Source of the DNA: a virus
Strand: one strand, 5' to 3'
Virus record (IMG/VR): IMGVR_UViG_3300031519_004559
Length of the DNA: 64,000 nucleotides
Both the position numbers and the translations under genes were made by a program. Under the pieces are notes generated by a model, which worked only from the letters and a program-made list of their open reading frames with translations, ran no database searches and was not told the DNA's origin. Shown piece by piece: positions 8,527 to 18,223 of the stretch; the first letter of the stretch is position 1, and every line of letters starts with the position of its first letter.

Positions 8527-11111
8527 GCCAAGAATTTAAAGTATACGATTATGATATAATTTATTTAAGTTACGACGAACCAAACGCAGAAGAAAACTAT
8601 TATCATCTAAAGCAAAACATCCCTTGGGCAAAACGTGTGCATGGTGTAGAAGGCAGCGATGCTGCTCACAAAGCATGTGCTAATATTGCAGAAACTGAAA
8701 GATTTATAACTATTGACGGCGACAATAAAGTTGATCCTAAGTTTGTAAATGAAGTTTTGCAGTTTGCAGATGACGTAGATTTAAGTAAGTGCGTGGTTAG
8801 TTGGAGTGGTTATAATATGATCAACGGACTAACCTACGGAAATGGCGGAATTAAATGCTGGCCGACTGATCTTGTAAAAACAATGCGCACACACGAAAAT
8901 GCTGATCCTAACAATCCACATGCACAAGTTGACTTTTGTTGGGACTTAGAATACTTACAAGTTGACAAAACTTACAGCTATGTTTACAATAATGCAACTC
9001 CGCATCAGGCTTGGAGGGCAGGTTTCCGCGAAGGTGTTAAGATGAGTTTGCTTGAAGGCATACCTGCTAGTAAAGATAAGTTTTGCGAGCAGGTGCCTAA
9101 GAAAAACTTTGATAGGTTAAAAATTTGGTGTACAGCAGGTGCTGATGTTAAAAACGGTCTATGGGCAATTTATGGAGCTCGCGAAGGCCTTTATAAAACA
9201 ATGTGTACAGACTGGGATCACGTTAATGTAAGAGACTTTGAGCATTTAAACGACCTATGGAATGATAAAGTACAAGACGAAAGCGACCTATTAGAAGCAA
9301 TTGAAGATTACGGTGAGCGACTATCAGTAGAACTAGATATGCCAATTCCTATAGACCCACTTAGCAAAGAACAAAGCAAGTTTTTTAAAGGTGTTTACTT
9401 GCCGCCGCAACGTACTCCGCAAACATTTCTTACAAACAAAGATACAGCAGAATATGACATTGTGATGATAAGTTACAAAGAACCTAATGCAGAAGAAAAC
9501 TTTGATAAACTTAAAAGACGGTTTCCGCGGGCCAAACGTGTACATGGAGTTAAAGGAATTCATCAAGCACATATTGAAGCAGCAAAATTATGCACTACTG
9601 ATCTAATTTGGATTGTAGATGCCGATGCCGATGTGCTTGATAGTTTTAACTTTGATTACAAGTCGCCCGATAAAGAAAAAAATTATGTAAAAGTATGGCG
9701 TAGTATAAATCCTATTAACAATTTAGAATATGGGTATGGCGGCGTTAAGCTATTCCCTCGTGAAGCAACATTAAATATGGATACTACTAGGGCTGATATG
9801 ACTACAAGTATTAGTAGACATTTTAAACCTATAAAGGTAGTAAGTAATATTACAGCATTTAACACAGATGCGTATAACGCATGGAAGGGTGCATTTAGAG
9901 AATGTGCAAAATTAAGTAGTAAGGTAATTGACAGACAAAAGGAGGATGAAACAAATGAAAGACTTAAAATTTGGACAACAGTGGGAAAAGACAAACCGTT
10001 CGGCGAATACTGTATTAACGGTGCTCGTGCTGGCATGGAGTTTGGTTTATCTGATGGCGCTGATCTTAAATTAATAAACGACTTTAATTGGTTAGAACAA
10101 CAGTTTAATAATCAAACTGTAGACGAAGATACTCTTACGGCAAGTCCTGAAGTATCGAATAATGATATTAAAGACTTATTAGATAGATTTGAACTCTTAT
10201 ATGGCGGTGACATAGAAAATGTTAGACGTTTTTATAATGATAAAGATTTGTCTAGCATATTTAAATTAACAGAAAATGAAGAATTAAGAAAAGCAGTAGT
10301 TGAAAAAAATCTACACAGTATTTTTAGATTAGTAGGCGGAGAAGAAGATCTGCGCAAGGCCGTATTAGATAATAACTTATACAGCCTTGCAAGGATTATG
10401 CCAGAAGTATCAGATGAATTTAAAATTGTAAATAATAATGATTTTTATGCCCTGTGGAAAGTGTTAGAAAAGTATACAAATAGTTCTTATATAAAACCGT
10501 TAAAGGCACTATACAATGATACAACCTTTGACACTGATAGTTTTAGTAGAGGACAACTAGAAAGCAAAAAGTGGTTAGTTGACACTGTTAAAGATCTTAA
10601 TTTAATATTAGGTAATATATTCTTGTGTGCAGGATGGTATGCAACTGTAATACCTATGTTACAAGATAATGAAATATCATTTAATAATGTTCGAAGTTTT
10701 GATTTAGATCCTAATGTTTGGAAAACAGCAGAGATTTTTAATAAAGCACTTACGTCTGATGGTTGGAAATTTAAAGCACAAACTCTCGACATTCAACTTT
10801 TAAAATATGACGGATTTGAATTTGAAACTATTAAAAGTAATGGTGACATAGAAGTTATAAAAGATAGTGCAAATACAATTATTAATACAAGTTGTGAACA
10901 CATAGAAAATTTTACAGACTGGTATGCAAAAATACCAAATGGTAAATTAGTTATACTACAAAGCAACAACTTTTTTGAAGTTGACGAACATGTAAACTGT
11001 GTGAATGATATTGACGAATTTAAAGAGATGGCACCTATGACTGAGTTACATTATATGGGCTCTAAAGATATGACTAAGTACACAAGATTTATGTTGATTG
11101 GAATAAAATGA
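8523..11111 (+). CDS. Fusion of two tandem GT2-like domains, short helical repeats and a C-terminal class I SAM-dependent methyltransferase-like domain
   Basis: Duplicated SY.EPNAEEN..AKRVHGV.G..AH..D(G/A)D..GG(I/V)K..AW.(A/G).FRE; C-terminal LCAGWY, FDLD, INTSCEH. Start moved to ATG 8523 (GGAGG RBS). Confidence 0.7.
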   Translation: MSQEFKVYDYDIIYLSYDEPNAEENYYHLKQNIPWAKRVHGVEGSDAAHKACANIAETERFITIDGDNKVDPKFVNEVLQFADDVDLSKCVVSWSGYNMINGLTYGNGGIKCWPTDLVKTMRTHENADPNNPHAQVDFCWDLEYLQVDKTYSYVYNNATPHQAWRAGFREGVKMSLLEGIPASKDKFCEQVPKKNFDRLKIWCTAGADVKNGLWAIYGAREGLYKTMCTDWDHVNVRDFEHLNDLWNDKVQDESDLLEAIEDYGERLSVELDMPIPIDPLSKEQSKFFKGVYLPPQRTPQTFLTNKDTAEYDIVMISYKEPNAEENFDKLKRRFPRAKRVHGVKGIHQAHIEAAKLCTTDLIWIVDADADVLDSFNFDYKSPDKEKNYVKVWRSINPINNLEYGYGGVKLFPREATLNMDTTRADMTTSISRHFKPIKVVSNITAFNTDAYNAWKGAFRECAKLSSKVIDRQKEDETNERLKIWTTVGKDKPFGEYCINGARAGMEFGLSDGADLKLINDFNWLEQQFNNQTVDEDTLTASPEVSNNDIKDLLDRFELLYGGDIENVRRFYNDKDLSSIFKLTENEELRKAVVEKNLHSIFRLVGGEEDLRKAVLDNNLYSLARIMPEVSDEFKIVNNNDFYALWKVLEKYTNSSYIKPLKALYNDTTFDTDSFSRGQLESKKWLVDTVKDLNLILGNIFLCAGWYATVIPMLQDNEISFNNVRSFDLDPNVWKTAEIFNKALTSDGWKFKAQTLDIQLLKYDGFEFETIKSNGDIEVIKDSANTIINTSCEHIENFTDWYAKIPNGKLVILQSNNFFEVDEHVNCVNDIDEFKEMAPMTELHYMGSKDMTKYTRFMLIGIK

Positions 11112-12208
11112 AAATAGGGTTTATTGGTCTAGGTAAGTTAGGATTACCGTGTGCTGAAGTAATTGCTAAAAATGGCCATGTAGTATTAGGATACGATATA
11201 ACACCGGTTAAGAGCAACTACGTCATAGTTGAAGATTCTATCAAAGAAACTGTTACACCAGCAGACATAGTTTTTGTTGCTGTTCCTACTCCGCACGATC
11301 CTGCATATGACGGCAAGGCACCTACTTCACATTTACAGCCTAAAGACTTTGATTATAGTATTGTAAAAGATGTACTTGTGGAAGCAAACAAACATATGAC
11401 AAATAATCAAATGATTGTATTAATTAGTACAGTATTACCAGGTACAGTACGTAGAGAATTTGCACCACTAGTAACTAATACTAGATTTGTTTACAATCCA
11501 TATTTAATTGCTATGGGTACAGTTGCATGGGATATGGTCAATCCTGAAATGATTATGATTGGCACAGACGATGGTAGCGAAACAGGTGATGCAAAACAAC
11601 TTGTAGATTTTTATAAATCAATAATGGAAAACAATCCTCGCTACGTAATTGGCACCTGGGACGAATGCGAGTGTATTAAAGTTTTCTATAATACATTTAT
11701 AAGCACTAAAATTGCCCTTGTAAACATGATACAAGACGTAGCAGTGCAACAGGGTAACATTAACGTAGACGTTGTTACAGACGCTTTGTCGCAAGCTACA
11801 CAGCGTATTATAAGTCCAGCGTATATGACAGCAGGGATGGGAGATGGCGGCGCATGTCATCCTAGAGATAATATTGCTCTGCGTTTTCTAGCAGAGAAGC
11901 TAGATTTAGGATACGACATGTTTGACGCAATAATGATAGCAAGAGAACAACAAGCACGGAACATGGCTATTGAAATTTTAAAACACGGCAATCGGACACA
12001 GTTTAGTAGCGACAGTTATAAACCGGGTGTTGAATATACTGACGGTAGTTACAGTCTATTAGTGCAACATTATGTAAAAGAACTTGGCGGACAGATTGTT
12101 GATAGCAACCCGTTGGTGTATGTTTTAGTTCATCCAACTTGCAGGCCAATAAATAATGTATATAACTTCGATCCATGGAACAACTACGGAGTAAAGTATG
12201 AAACTTAG
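11108..12208 (+). CDS. ugd: UDP-glucose/GDP-mannose 6-dehydrogenase family
   Basis: GFIGLGKLG Rossmann motif, VAVPTP, STVLPGT, catalytic GGACHPRD. Confidence 0.9.
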   Translation: MKIGFIGLGKLGLPCAEVIAKNGHVVLGYDITPVKSNYVIVEDSIKETVTPADIVFVAVPTPHDPAYDGKAPTSHLQPKDFDYSIVKDVLVEANKHMTNNQMIVLISTVLPGTVRREFAPLVTNTRFVYNPYLIAMGTVAWDMVNPEMIMIGTDDGSETGDAKQLVDFYKSIMENNPRYVIGTWDECECIKVFYNTFISTKIALVNMIQDVAVQQGNINVDVVTDALSQATQRIISPAYMTAGMGDGGACHPRDNIALRFLAEKLDLGYDMFDAIMIAREQQARNMAIEILKHGNRTQFSSDSYKPGVEYTDGSYSLLVQHYVKELGGQIVDSNPLVYVLVHPTCRPINNVYNFDPWNNYGVKYET

Positions 12209-12413
12209 TTTGAGAGAAATGCAAAAAGAAAGTGCTAGGGCATTAAGCTCAATGCAAGCAACAAACAACAACATCTACCAATTTAATAAACAAGCACATC
12301 ACAACAGTCAAAATTGGTATGCAGCAGTAATAGATTGGTATGTTAATGAGCACGGAGACTTGCCTAGTAAAGTTGGCCCAGGCAAAGATATTAAATTGGT
12401 GCTAGATGATTAA
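12198..12413 (+). CDS. Small hypothetical protein
   Basis: 71-aa ORF with GGAG RBS, overlapping both neighbours. Confidence 0.65.
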   Translation: MKLSLREMQKESARALSSMQATNNNIYQFNKQAHHNSQNWYAAVIDWYVNEHGDLPSKVGPGKDIKLVLDD

Positions 12414-13447
12414 TGAAATATGCATTTATAGATGACATTCAATCGTGGGCAAAAACAGATATTAGTATGCTGCCAGAGATTGAAACACCCGATGATGTAC
12501 AAATATATCCTATTGAATATTCTCCGGGGATAGACGAACCGATTGATCAATGGATACAATTAGTAATAGACGGAACAAATAAACAGTTTATTAAACACAA
12601 TAATGTTAGAGTAGTACTTTTTGATTTATTTGAAGCAAGTAAATTTGTTTACAACGCTGCGAAATTATTAAACACCCATTTACAAAAGAAAATTTATGTA
12701 ATAACTTGTGATCAATTATTACCTAACCGATCTACTAAAGATTTACATTTTATTTTTCATAACTTTTGGAGCGGTCGTATGCTTCCGTCTAAACGTGTAT
12801 TATTTTCTAGCAAAAAATTATATATAAATTGTACTAGAGTAGTACGCCCTCATAGAGCACAATTAATAGAAGAATTAATTAACAACAATCTTTTTGACTT
12901 AGGATATAACACAATAAGTGATAAAGGTGGCGAGTTAACAAATTATCTTAATAAGACTACAACGTCAAGGATTCCTGATCAAAAATTTGATGTATTAGAT
13001 GTTAATAATTTAATTAATATAAATCCTAATAACTTTGTACCTATAAAACAATGTGAGAAATCTTTTGTGTATATTGCAACAGAAACATTGGTTGACAATA
13101 ATCGACTGTTCTTTTCAGAAAAAGTTTACAAACCAATTGCAATTGGAATGCCGTTCATGGTATTAGGTAATCCTGGAACATTAAAATCTTTAAAACAAAT
13201 GGGGTACAAGACTTTTGATAAATGGTTTAACGAAGACTACGACAACGATATTAATTTAGCAGATCGAATAAAAATCATTACAGATAATTTAAACTATTAT
13301 AGAAATTTTACAAAGCGTGAATTAGACGTTATAAGATTTGAAATGAAAGCAGTGACTACGCATAATCACAAAGTTTATAAGAAACGATGCGCAATCACTA
13401 ATTTAGAAAAACTAAAGACTGCTATACAAGGAATTATAAATGAATAA
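12413..13447 (+). CDS. Putative GT-B glycosyltransferase-like protein
   Basis: RPHR motif and ATET..FFSEKVYKPI..MPF, reminiscent of the GT10-type E(N/T)..(T/S)EK motif. Confidence 0.5.
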   Translation: MKYAFIDDIQSWAKTDISMLPEIETPDDVQIYPIEYSPGIDEPIDQWIQLVIDGTNKQFIKHNNVRVVLFDLFEASKFVYNAAKLLNTHLQKKIYVITCDQLLPNRSTKDLHFIFHNFWSGRMLPSKRVLFSSKKLYINCTRVVRPHRAQLIEELINNNLFDLGYNTISDKGGELTNYLNKTTTSRIPDQKFDVLDVNNLININPNNFVPIKQCEKSFVYIATETLVDNNRLFFSEKVYKPIAIGMPFMVLGNPGTLKSLKQMGYKTFDKWFNEDYDNDINLADRIKIITDNLNYYRNFTKRELDVIRFEMKAVTTHNHKVYKKRCAITNLEKLKTAIQGIINE

Positions 13448-13874
13448 AGGAACTATTATAGTAGTTGATGCCTGGAAGCATTGTGAAAGACCTGATATAA
13501 GACGCTTTCCGTACATTGAACAGGAAGCAAAATTATTTGGTAGCTTTTTAAATCTACGTTTAAAAAATTTAAGATCAAGCTATACGATTGTGCATTGTGC
13601 AGACGGTAGAGAGACAATGGACGAAATTAATACTTGGGAAGATATAGTAATCAATAAGATACACGAGACTCCGGATACCGGCGGCCCATACTACTTTTGT
13701 GGGTTTCATCTCGGACGCTGCATAGATAGAAAATATAACGAACTAGGCAGAACTTCACATATTATTGTAAATTTAAGTTTACTTTATCCCGGAGATGATT
13801 ATTATAAGATTGACAAAACTAAAAATTTGTGTTACAATACATATAGAGGGATGGAAAAATGCATTATGATTTAA
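13440..13874 (+). CDS. Cysteine hydrolase (isochorismatase)-like protein
   Basis: IIVVDAW strand with Asp and FCGFHLGRC resembling the catalytic G.....C segment. Confidence 0.4.
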   Translation: MNKGTIIVVDAWKHCERPDIRRFPYIEQEAKLFGSFLNLRLKNLRSSYTIVHCADGRETMDEINTWEDIVINKIHETPDTGGPYYFCGFHLGRCIDRKYNELGRTSHIIVNLSLLYPGDDYYKIDKTKNLCYNTYRGMEKCIMI

Positions 13875-14614
13875 TTAATTTAGGCGGTGGAAACGGTTCA
13901 GGCGGAAATGCCTCCGGCACAACAATTAACTTTCCAAGTTCGTCTGACCAAAAGATGTGGCAAAAACTAAAACGTCGACAGGGTAAGCATTGGAAATATG
14001 CTAATCTTAGAAACGATCCTATAAAATTTACACATAATACTATGGGATACAGAACGCATGAATTTGACTTTGACAACGATGACGAATACATTATCCACAT
14101 TGGGTGTAGTAATACATACGGATTATACTTACATGAACACGAACGTGCTTCAAATCTTATAGAAAAGAATTTAGATATAAAAACCTACAATTTAGGACTA
14201 TGCGGCGGCAGTCCAAATTATATTATGATGAATATAGCTAACCTATTGTATAATGCATCAAAACGACCAAAGGCAGTAGTTATACAATGGCCAAGATCTA
14301 TGAGACTAAATCTTCCGTACACACATCCTAGAAGTGCTGTGATGCGTATAAGGCCTACTGAAAATCAAAAGGGATTTGAATCCTTTATACGAGACGAAAT
14401 TAACCCTATAGAAACACATTCTAAATGGAGCAGCCGTCACACTTTAAATTTATTAAATAGTTTTGATGTTACTACTATTCAATATTGCGTAGATCACGAA
14501 GCTAATTTGTACGGCATAACTGAAATTAACCGATTAGATACAGCATATGATAATAAACATATAGGCACATTAACTAATGAAAGTATTTTTAATTATGTTA
14601 AGGAACAGTTATAG
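13859..14614 (+). CDS. SGNH/GDSL-like protein
   Basis: NTMGYR, IGCSNTYG (block I), YNLGLCGGS, C-terminal DNKH (D-x-x-H). Confidence 0.6.
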   Translation: MHYDLINLGGGNGSGGNASGTTINFPSSSDQKMWQKLKRRQGKHWKYANLRNDPIKFTHNTMGYRTHEFDFDNDDEYIIHIGCSNTYGLYLHEHERASNLIEKNLDIKTYNLGLCGGSPNYIMMNIANLLYNASKRPKAVVIQWPRSMRLNLPYTHPRSAVMRIRPTENQKGFESFIRDEINPIETHSKWSSRHTLNLLNSFDVTTIQYCVDHEANLYGITEINRLDTAYDNKHIGTLTNESIFNYVKEQL

Positions 14615-15678
14615 TGTATAACTATGCCGATATAAGATCAATTCATCTTGAAGTAACACAAAACTGTCAAGCTAGTTGTCCTATGTGTGATCGTAACATG
14701 AACGGCAAGGGCATTAATCCTCACATTAATTTAGATGAACTTAGTTTAGAAGATTGTAAAACGATATTCCTCCCAGAGTTTATTGCACAGCTAAACACAA
14801 TGTATATGTGCGGCAACCTAGGTGATCCTATTGTAGCACGAGATACATTAGAAATATTCAAATACTTTAGAGAGCATAACCCTACAATGTGGTTAAGCAT
14901 GAATACCAATGCCGGTGCAAAGAGTGTTGAGTGGTGGGCAGAGCTTGCCGAAGTTATTAATAAGAAAGGCGCAGTTATATTCAGCGTAGACGGATTGCGT
15001 GATACTAATCATCTTTACCGTCAAGGAGTAAACTGGGACAACATAGAGCGCAATATGCAAGCGTTTATTAATGCTGGAGGCAGAGCACGTTGGGACTTTT
15101 TAATATTTGAACACAATCAACATCAAGTAGATGAAGCAGAAGCACTTGCAATGTCTTGGGGTTGTGAAAAGTTTATGAAAAAGAAAACAGGCAGATTTAT
15201 CACACAAGATTCAAAGAAGAAAGAATCTCATCAATCTCAGGACCGCAAAGGTAACAACTCTGCTGAACTTAAAAAACCAGATGCAAAGTATGTTAACAAA
15301 GCACTTAGTAAGCAAGAAGTAATTATCAACAAGTACGGTACTATGGATGCTTACTACGATGCGGCCCCTATCATTTGTAAAGTAAAGAAAGATAACAGTT
15401 TGTTTATTACAGCAGAGGGTCTAGCAATGCCGTGTTGTTGGACTGCTGGACGTATGTACAAATGGTGGCATAAGGATCCTAAAGTAGAACAGATATGGGA
15501 CTTTATTGATAAAGATGCACTAGATGCACGTAACGGCTTAGAGCAAGTATTTGCTACAGGTGCATTTGACAGAATACAAGACAGCTGGAATAAACCTAGT
15601 TGCAGTGACGGAAAACTTAAAGTGTGTGCTATGAAATGTGGCGCCGAGTTCGATCCTTATGCAGAACAATTCAAATAA
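14614..15678 (+). CDS. Radical SAM enzyme with C-terminal twitch/SPASM domain (group A, #1)
   Basis: CQASCPMC; GNLGDP; FSVDG; C-terminal C..PCC..CAMKC. Confidence 0.9.
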   Translation: MYNYADIRSIHLEVTQNCQASCPMCDRNMNGKGINPHINLDELSLEDCKTIFLPEFIAQLNTMYMCGNLGDPIVARDTLEIFKYFREHNPTMWLSMNTNAGAKSVEWWAELAEVINKKGAVIFSVDGLRDTNHLYRQGVNWDNIERNMQAFINAGGRARWDFLIFEHNQHQVDEAEALAMSWGCEKFMKKKTGRFITQDSKKKESHQSQDRKGNNSAELKKPDAKYVNKALSKQEVIINKYGTMDAYYDAAPIICKVKKDNSLFITAEGLAMPCCWTAGRMYKWWHKDPKVEQIWDFIDKDALDARNGLEQVFATGAFDRIQDSWNKPSCSDGKLKVCAMKCGAEFDPYAEQFK

Positions 15679-15681
15679 GTA
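15675..15681 (+). promoter_or_regulatory. Late promoter-like motif ATAAGTA
   Basis: 8 nt upstream of ATG 15690; same spacing as at 19306. Confidence 0.4.
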
Positions 15682-15689
15682 GATATGCA

Positions 15690-16721
15690 ATGAATATAGA
15701 TAACATTAAAAAAATAGAACTTGAAATAACAAGTAATTGTAATGCAGCCTGTCCAGGGTGTGCAAGAACACAAAATATAGACTTATTTGATGTTGAAAGT
15801 TTTTATTTAGAAGATATAAAACGATTATTCCCTACAGAAAGATATATTGCTAATAAGCAATTTAAATTTTGTGGAGTTCTTGGCGATCCGGCGCTGAACA
15901 AAGACGCCGTGCTTATGACAGAATATCTTACCAATTCTAGAGGATATTGTCAATGGAGTACAAATGGTGCATACCAAACTGCAGACTGGTGGAGCAAATT
16001 AGGACAAATTAGCAAAGATACTAATCTAGTTGACGTTAGTTTTTGCGTAGATGGACACAAAGAAACCAATCATATCTATAGAGTTGGTACTAAGTGGAAT
16101 GTACTTGAACGAAATATGCAAGCATATAGTGATGCAGGAGGCAAGGCAACTTGGATCTTTATTGTATTTGACCACAACGAATATGAACTAGAGGCTGCAA
16201 GAGAACATGCAAAACGTTTAGGATTTACTTTTGCAACACGCACAGGAATGCGTAATAGCTATCATGATTGGGTAGCATTGATTGGTAAAAAGAATCAGCA
16301 AGAAAAGAAAGTTATAACAACTACTGGTAAAAAAGAACACAGTAAAAAAGCACAAGTTGAACAGTTAGATAAAATTATTTTAGAAAATAAAGTTGACGAA
16401 AAAATTATCAACACCATCAAATGTAAACTAATACACGAGGGTGAAATATTCATTAGTGCAAAACAAGAACTTTGGCCTTGTTGTTTTCTATGGGATAGCG
16501 CATTTAAAAATAAGGAAAACATACTTGATAAACTCAGTGAATATCAAACAGGTTGGAATAGTTTAAAGACAAACAGTATCGAAGACGTGTTAGTACATCC
16601 TTGGTTTGATAAAGTGTTAAGTGACAGCTGGGATCCTACACACAGCAAGCATATTACACGTTGTATCAGAACTTGTGCGTACAACAAGGCATATCAAAAT
16701 GAAATAAAGGTAGAAGCATAA
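15690..16721 (+). CDS. Radical SAM enzyme with twitch/SPASM domain (group A, #2)
   Basis: CNAACPGC; GVLGDP; FCVDG; PCC..CIRTC. Start set to ATG 15690. Confidence 0.9.
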   Translation: MNIDNIKKIELEITSNCNAACPGCARTQNIDLFDVESFYLEDIKRLFPTERYIANKQFKFCGVLGDPALNKDAVLMTEYLTNSRGYCQWSTNGAYQTADWWSKLGQISKDTNLVDVSFCVDGHKETNHIYRVGTKWNVLERNMQAYSDAGGKATWIFIVFDHNEYELEAAREHAKRLGFTFATRTGMRNSYHDWVALIGKKNQQEKKVITTTGKKEHSKKAQVEQLDKIILENKVDEKIINTIKCKLIHEGEIFISAKQELWPCCFLWDSAFKNKENILDKLSEYQTGWNSLKTNSIEDVLVHPWFDKVLSDSWDPTHSKHITRCIRTCAYNKAYQNEIKVEA

Positions 16722-17678
16722 ATGAGCTGGTCTAGTGAAACATTAGAATGGATTGATATTGAATTAACTAGTTTTTGCAACATTAAATGCAAAGGCTGCT
16801 TTCGAGTTATATCTAAAGAAGCAGATAAAATATTAAACAAATCCTATATAGACATTGATGTAATACGTAAACGTTTTCAAAAAGAAATGTTTCCTAGCAT
16901 AAAGATTATTAATTTTTGTGGCAGTGTTGACGAGCCATGTAGTCATCCGCAATTTTTTGAAATTATAAAACATTTTGCTGATTGGGATTGTCACATTAAT
17001 ATTGCCACTAATGGTAGTTTGCGCACAGTAAAATGGTGGACAGAACTAGCTAGTGTACTTCCTAGAAGTCATAAAGTAGTTTGGGGCATTGATGGTAGCG
17101 ACGAGTTGTCAGAAGAGTATAGAGAAGGTAGTAGTTTTAAGAAAGTACAACAGAACTACAGAGCATTTATAGCAGCAGGCGGCAGAGCTAATTGGCAATT
17201 TATTAGTTTTGAACATAATGAACATCAGTTAGAAACAGCAAGACAGATAGCAAAAGACGAAGGCTTTATAGAGTTTAAAACTATTATAAGCCACAGAAAA
17301 GATTCAGGAGGCGTAAAACATAAAAAAGTCGAAGCCCAAGAGTCGCCGTGTATTAGTTGTAAGTATTCTAACCAAAAACGTATTTTTGTAAATCATATGG
17401 GCAATGTTATACCATGTTGTCATTTGAATAGTAAGATGTTAGAATTTGCAGTAAATCCTAAACCAAAAGACCGTTTCGAAGAAATATTAGTTGAAGAAGA
17501 TTATATGAATGATATTAATCTTGCAAATGTTTCTTTAGATGAAGCAATGAATGGAAAAGTTTGGACAGAGATACAAAACAGTTGGACAGGTGATGATCGG
17601 ATCGGCAAGTGTGTAAGCACATGTAAGGAAAATAATCGAGATATTTTTATTAAAGAACAGTTGGGAGTTAAAAGATGA
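16722..17678 (+). CDS. Radical SAM enzyme with twitch/SPASM domain (group A, #3)
   Basis: CNIKCKGC; GSVDEP; WGIDG; PCC..CVSTC. Confidence 0.9.
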   Translation: MSWSSETLEWIDIELTSFCNIKCKGCFRVISKEADKILNKSYIDIDVIRKRFQKEMFPSIKIINFCGSVDEPCSHPQFFEIIKHFADWDCHINIATNGSLRTVKWWTELASVLPRSHKVVWGIDGSDELSEEYREGSSFKKVQQNYRAFIAAGGRANWQFISFEHNEHQLETARQIAKDEGFIEFKTIISHRKDSGGVKHKKVEAQESPCISCKYSNQKRIFVNHMGNVIPCCHLNSKMLEFAVNPKPKDRFEEILVEEDYMNDINLANVSLDEAMNGKVWTEIQNSWTGDDRIGKCVSTCKENNRDIFIKEQLGVKR

Positions 17679-18223
17679 AATTTAGTGCTAGTTGTGGTGG
17701 TATACATTCTGTAGTAGGCAATGACTATACTTTTAAGGACGCAAGGGGCAAGTGCCCAGGAGATAGCGATCCTTTCTACGACCGTGATACAGGAAAACAA
17801 CGTTGGGCTTATAAAGAACGCAACGAAGCAAAAAGCCCACTACTACATCCTGGCAAGTATGAATTCCAGGCAGATGTTAGTATACACGCTGACAACGTTC
17901 GTCATGCAGAATGGTACAGCATATTTCAAATACACAACGGTGTCCGCGACGGAATACCGCCTAGTATGTTTACGGTATGTCAGTATGGAAGATGGCATAT
18001 TGATGGTCGAGATACTCATGTAACTCCAAAACTAGAATTTGCTCTTAAAGTAAATTTAGAAATTAAGGAAAATTTTATTACTGTTGATTATTACGTTGAT
18101 GAAGAATACCTGGGGTCGTCTAGAACGTACGAATTAGCACAACCTTTTATAAAATTTGGATTATACAGAATGAACGAATATTGTTCAGCAACACAAATAT
18201 ATAAAAATGTAAGAGTTAATTAA
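17675..18223 (+). CDS. Polysaccharide lyase-like (jelly-roll) protein
   Basis: IFQIH and FIKFGLY resemble the QIH and YFKAGxY motifs of PL7-type lyases. Confidence 0.5.
   Translation: MKFSASCGGIHSVVGNDYTFKDARGKCPGDSDPFYDRDTGKQRWAYKERNEAKSPLLHPGKYEFQADVSIHADNVRHAEWYSIFQIHNGVRDGIPPSMFTVCQYGRWHIDGRDTHVTPKLEFALKVNLEIKENFITVDYYVDEEYLGSSRTYELAQPFIKFGLYRMNEYCSATQIYKNVRVN

Noticed and set aside
12198-12413. RiPP precursor peptide for the radical SAM array
   Set aside because: No leader/core pattern or Cys/Ser-rich core, and no RRE/PqqD, peptidase or transporter nearby; cannot be supported.
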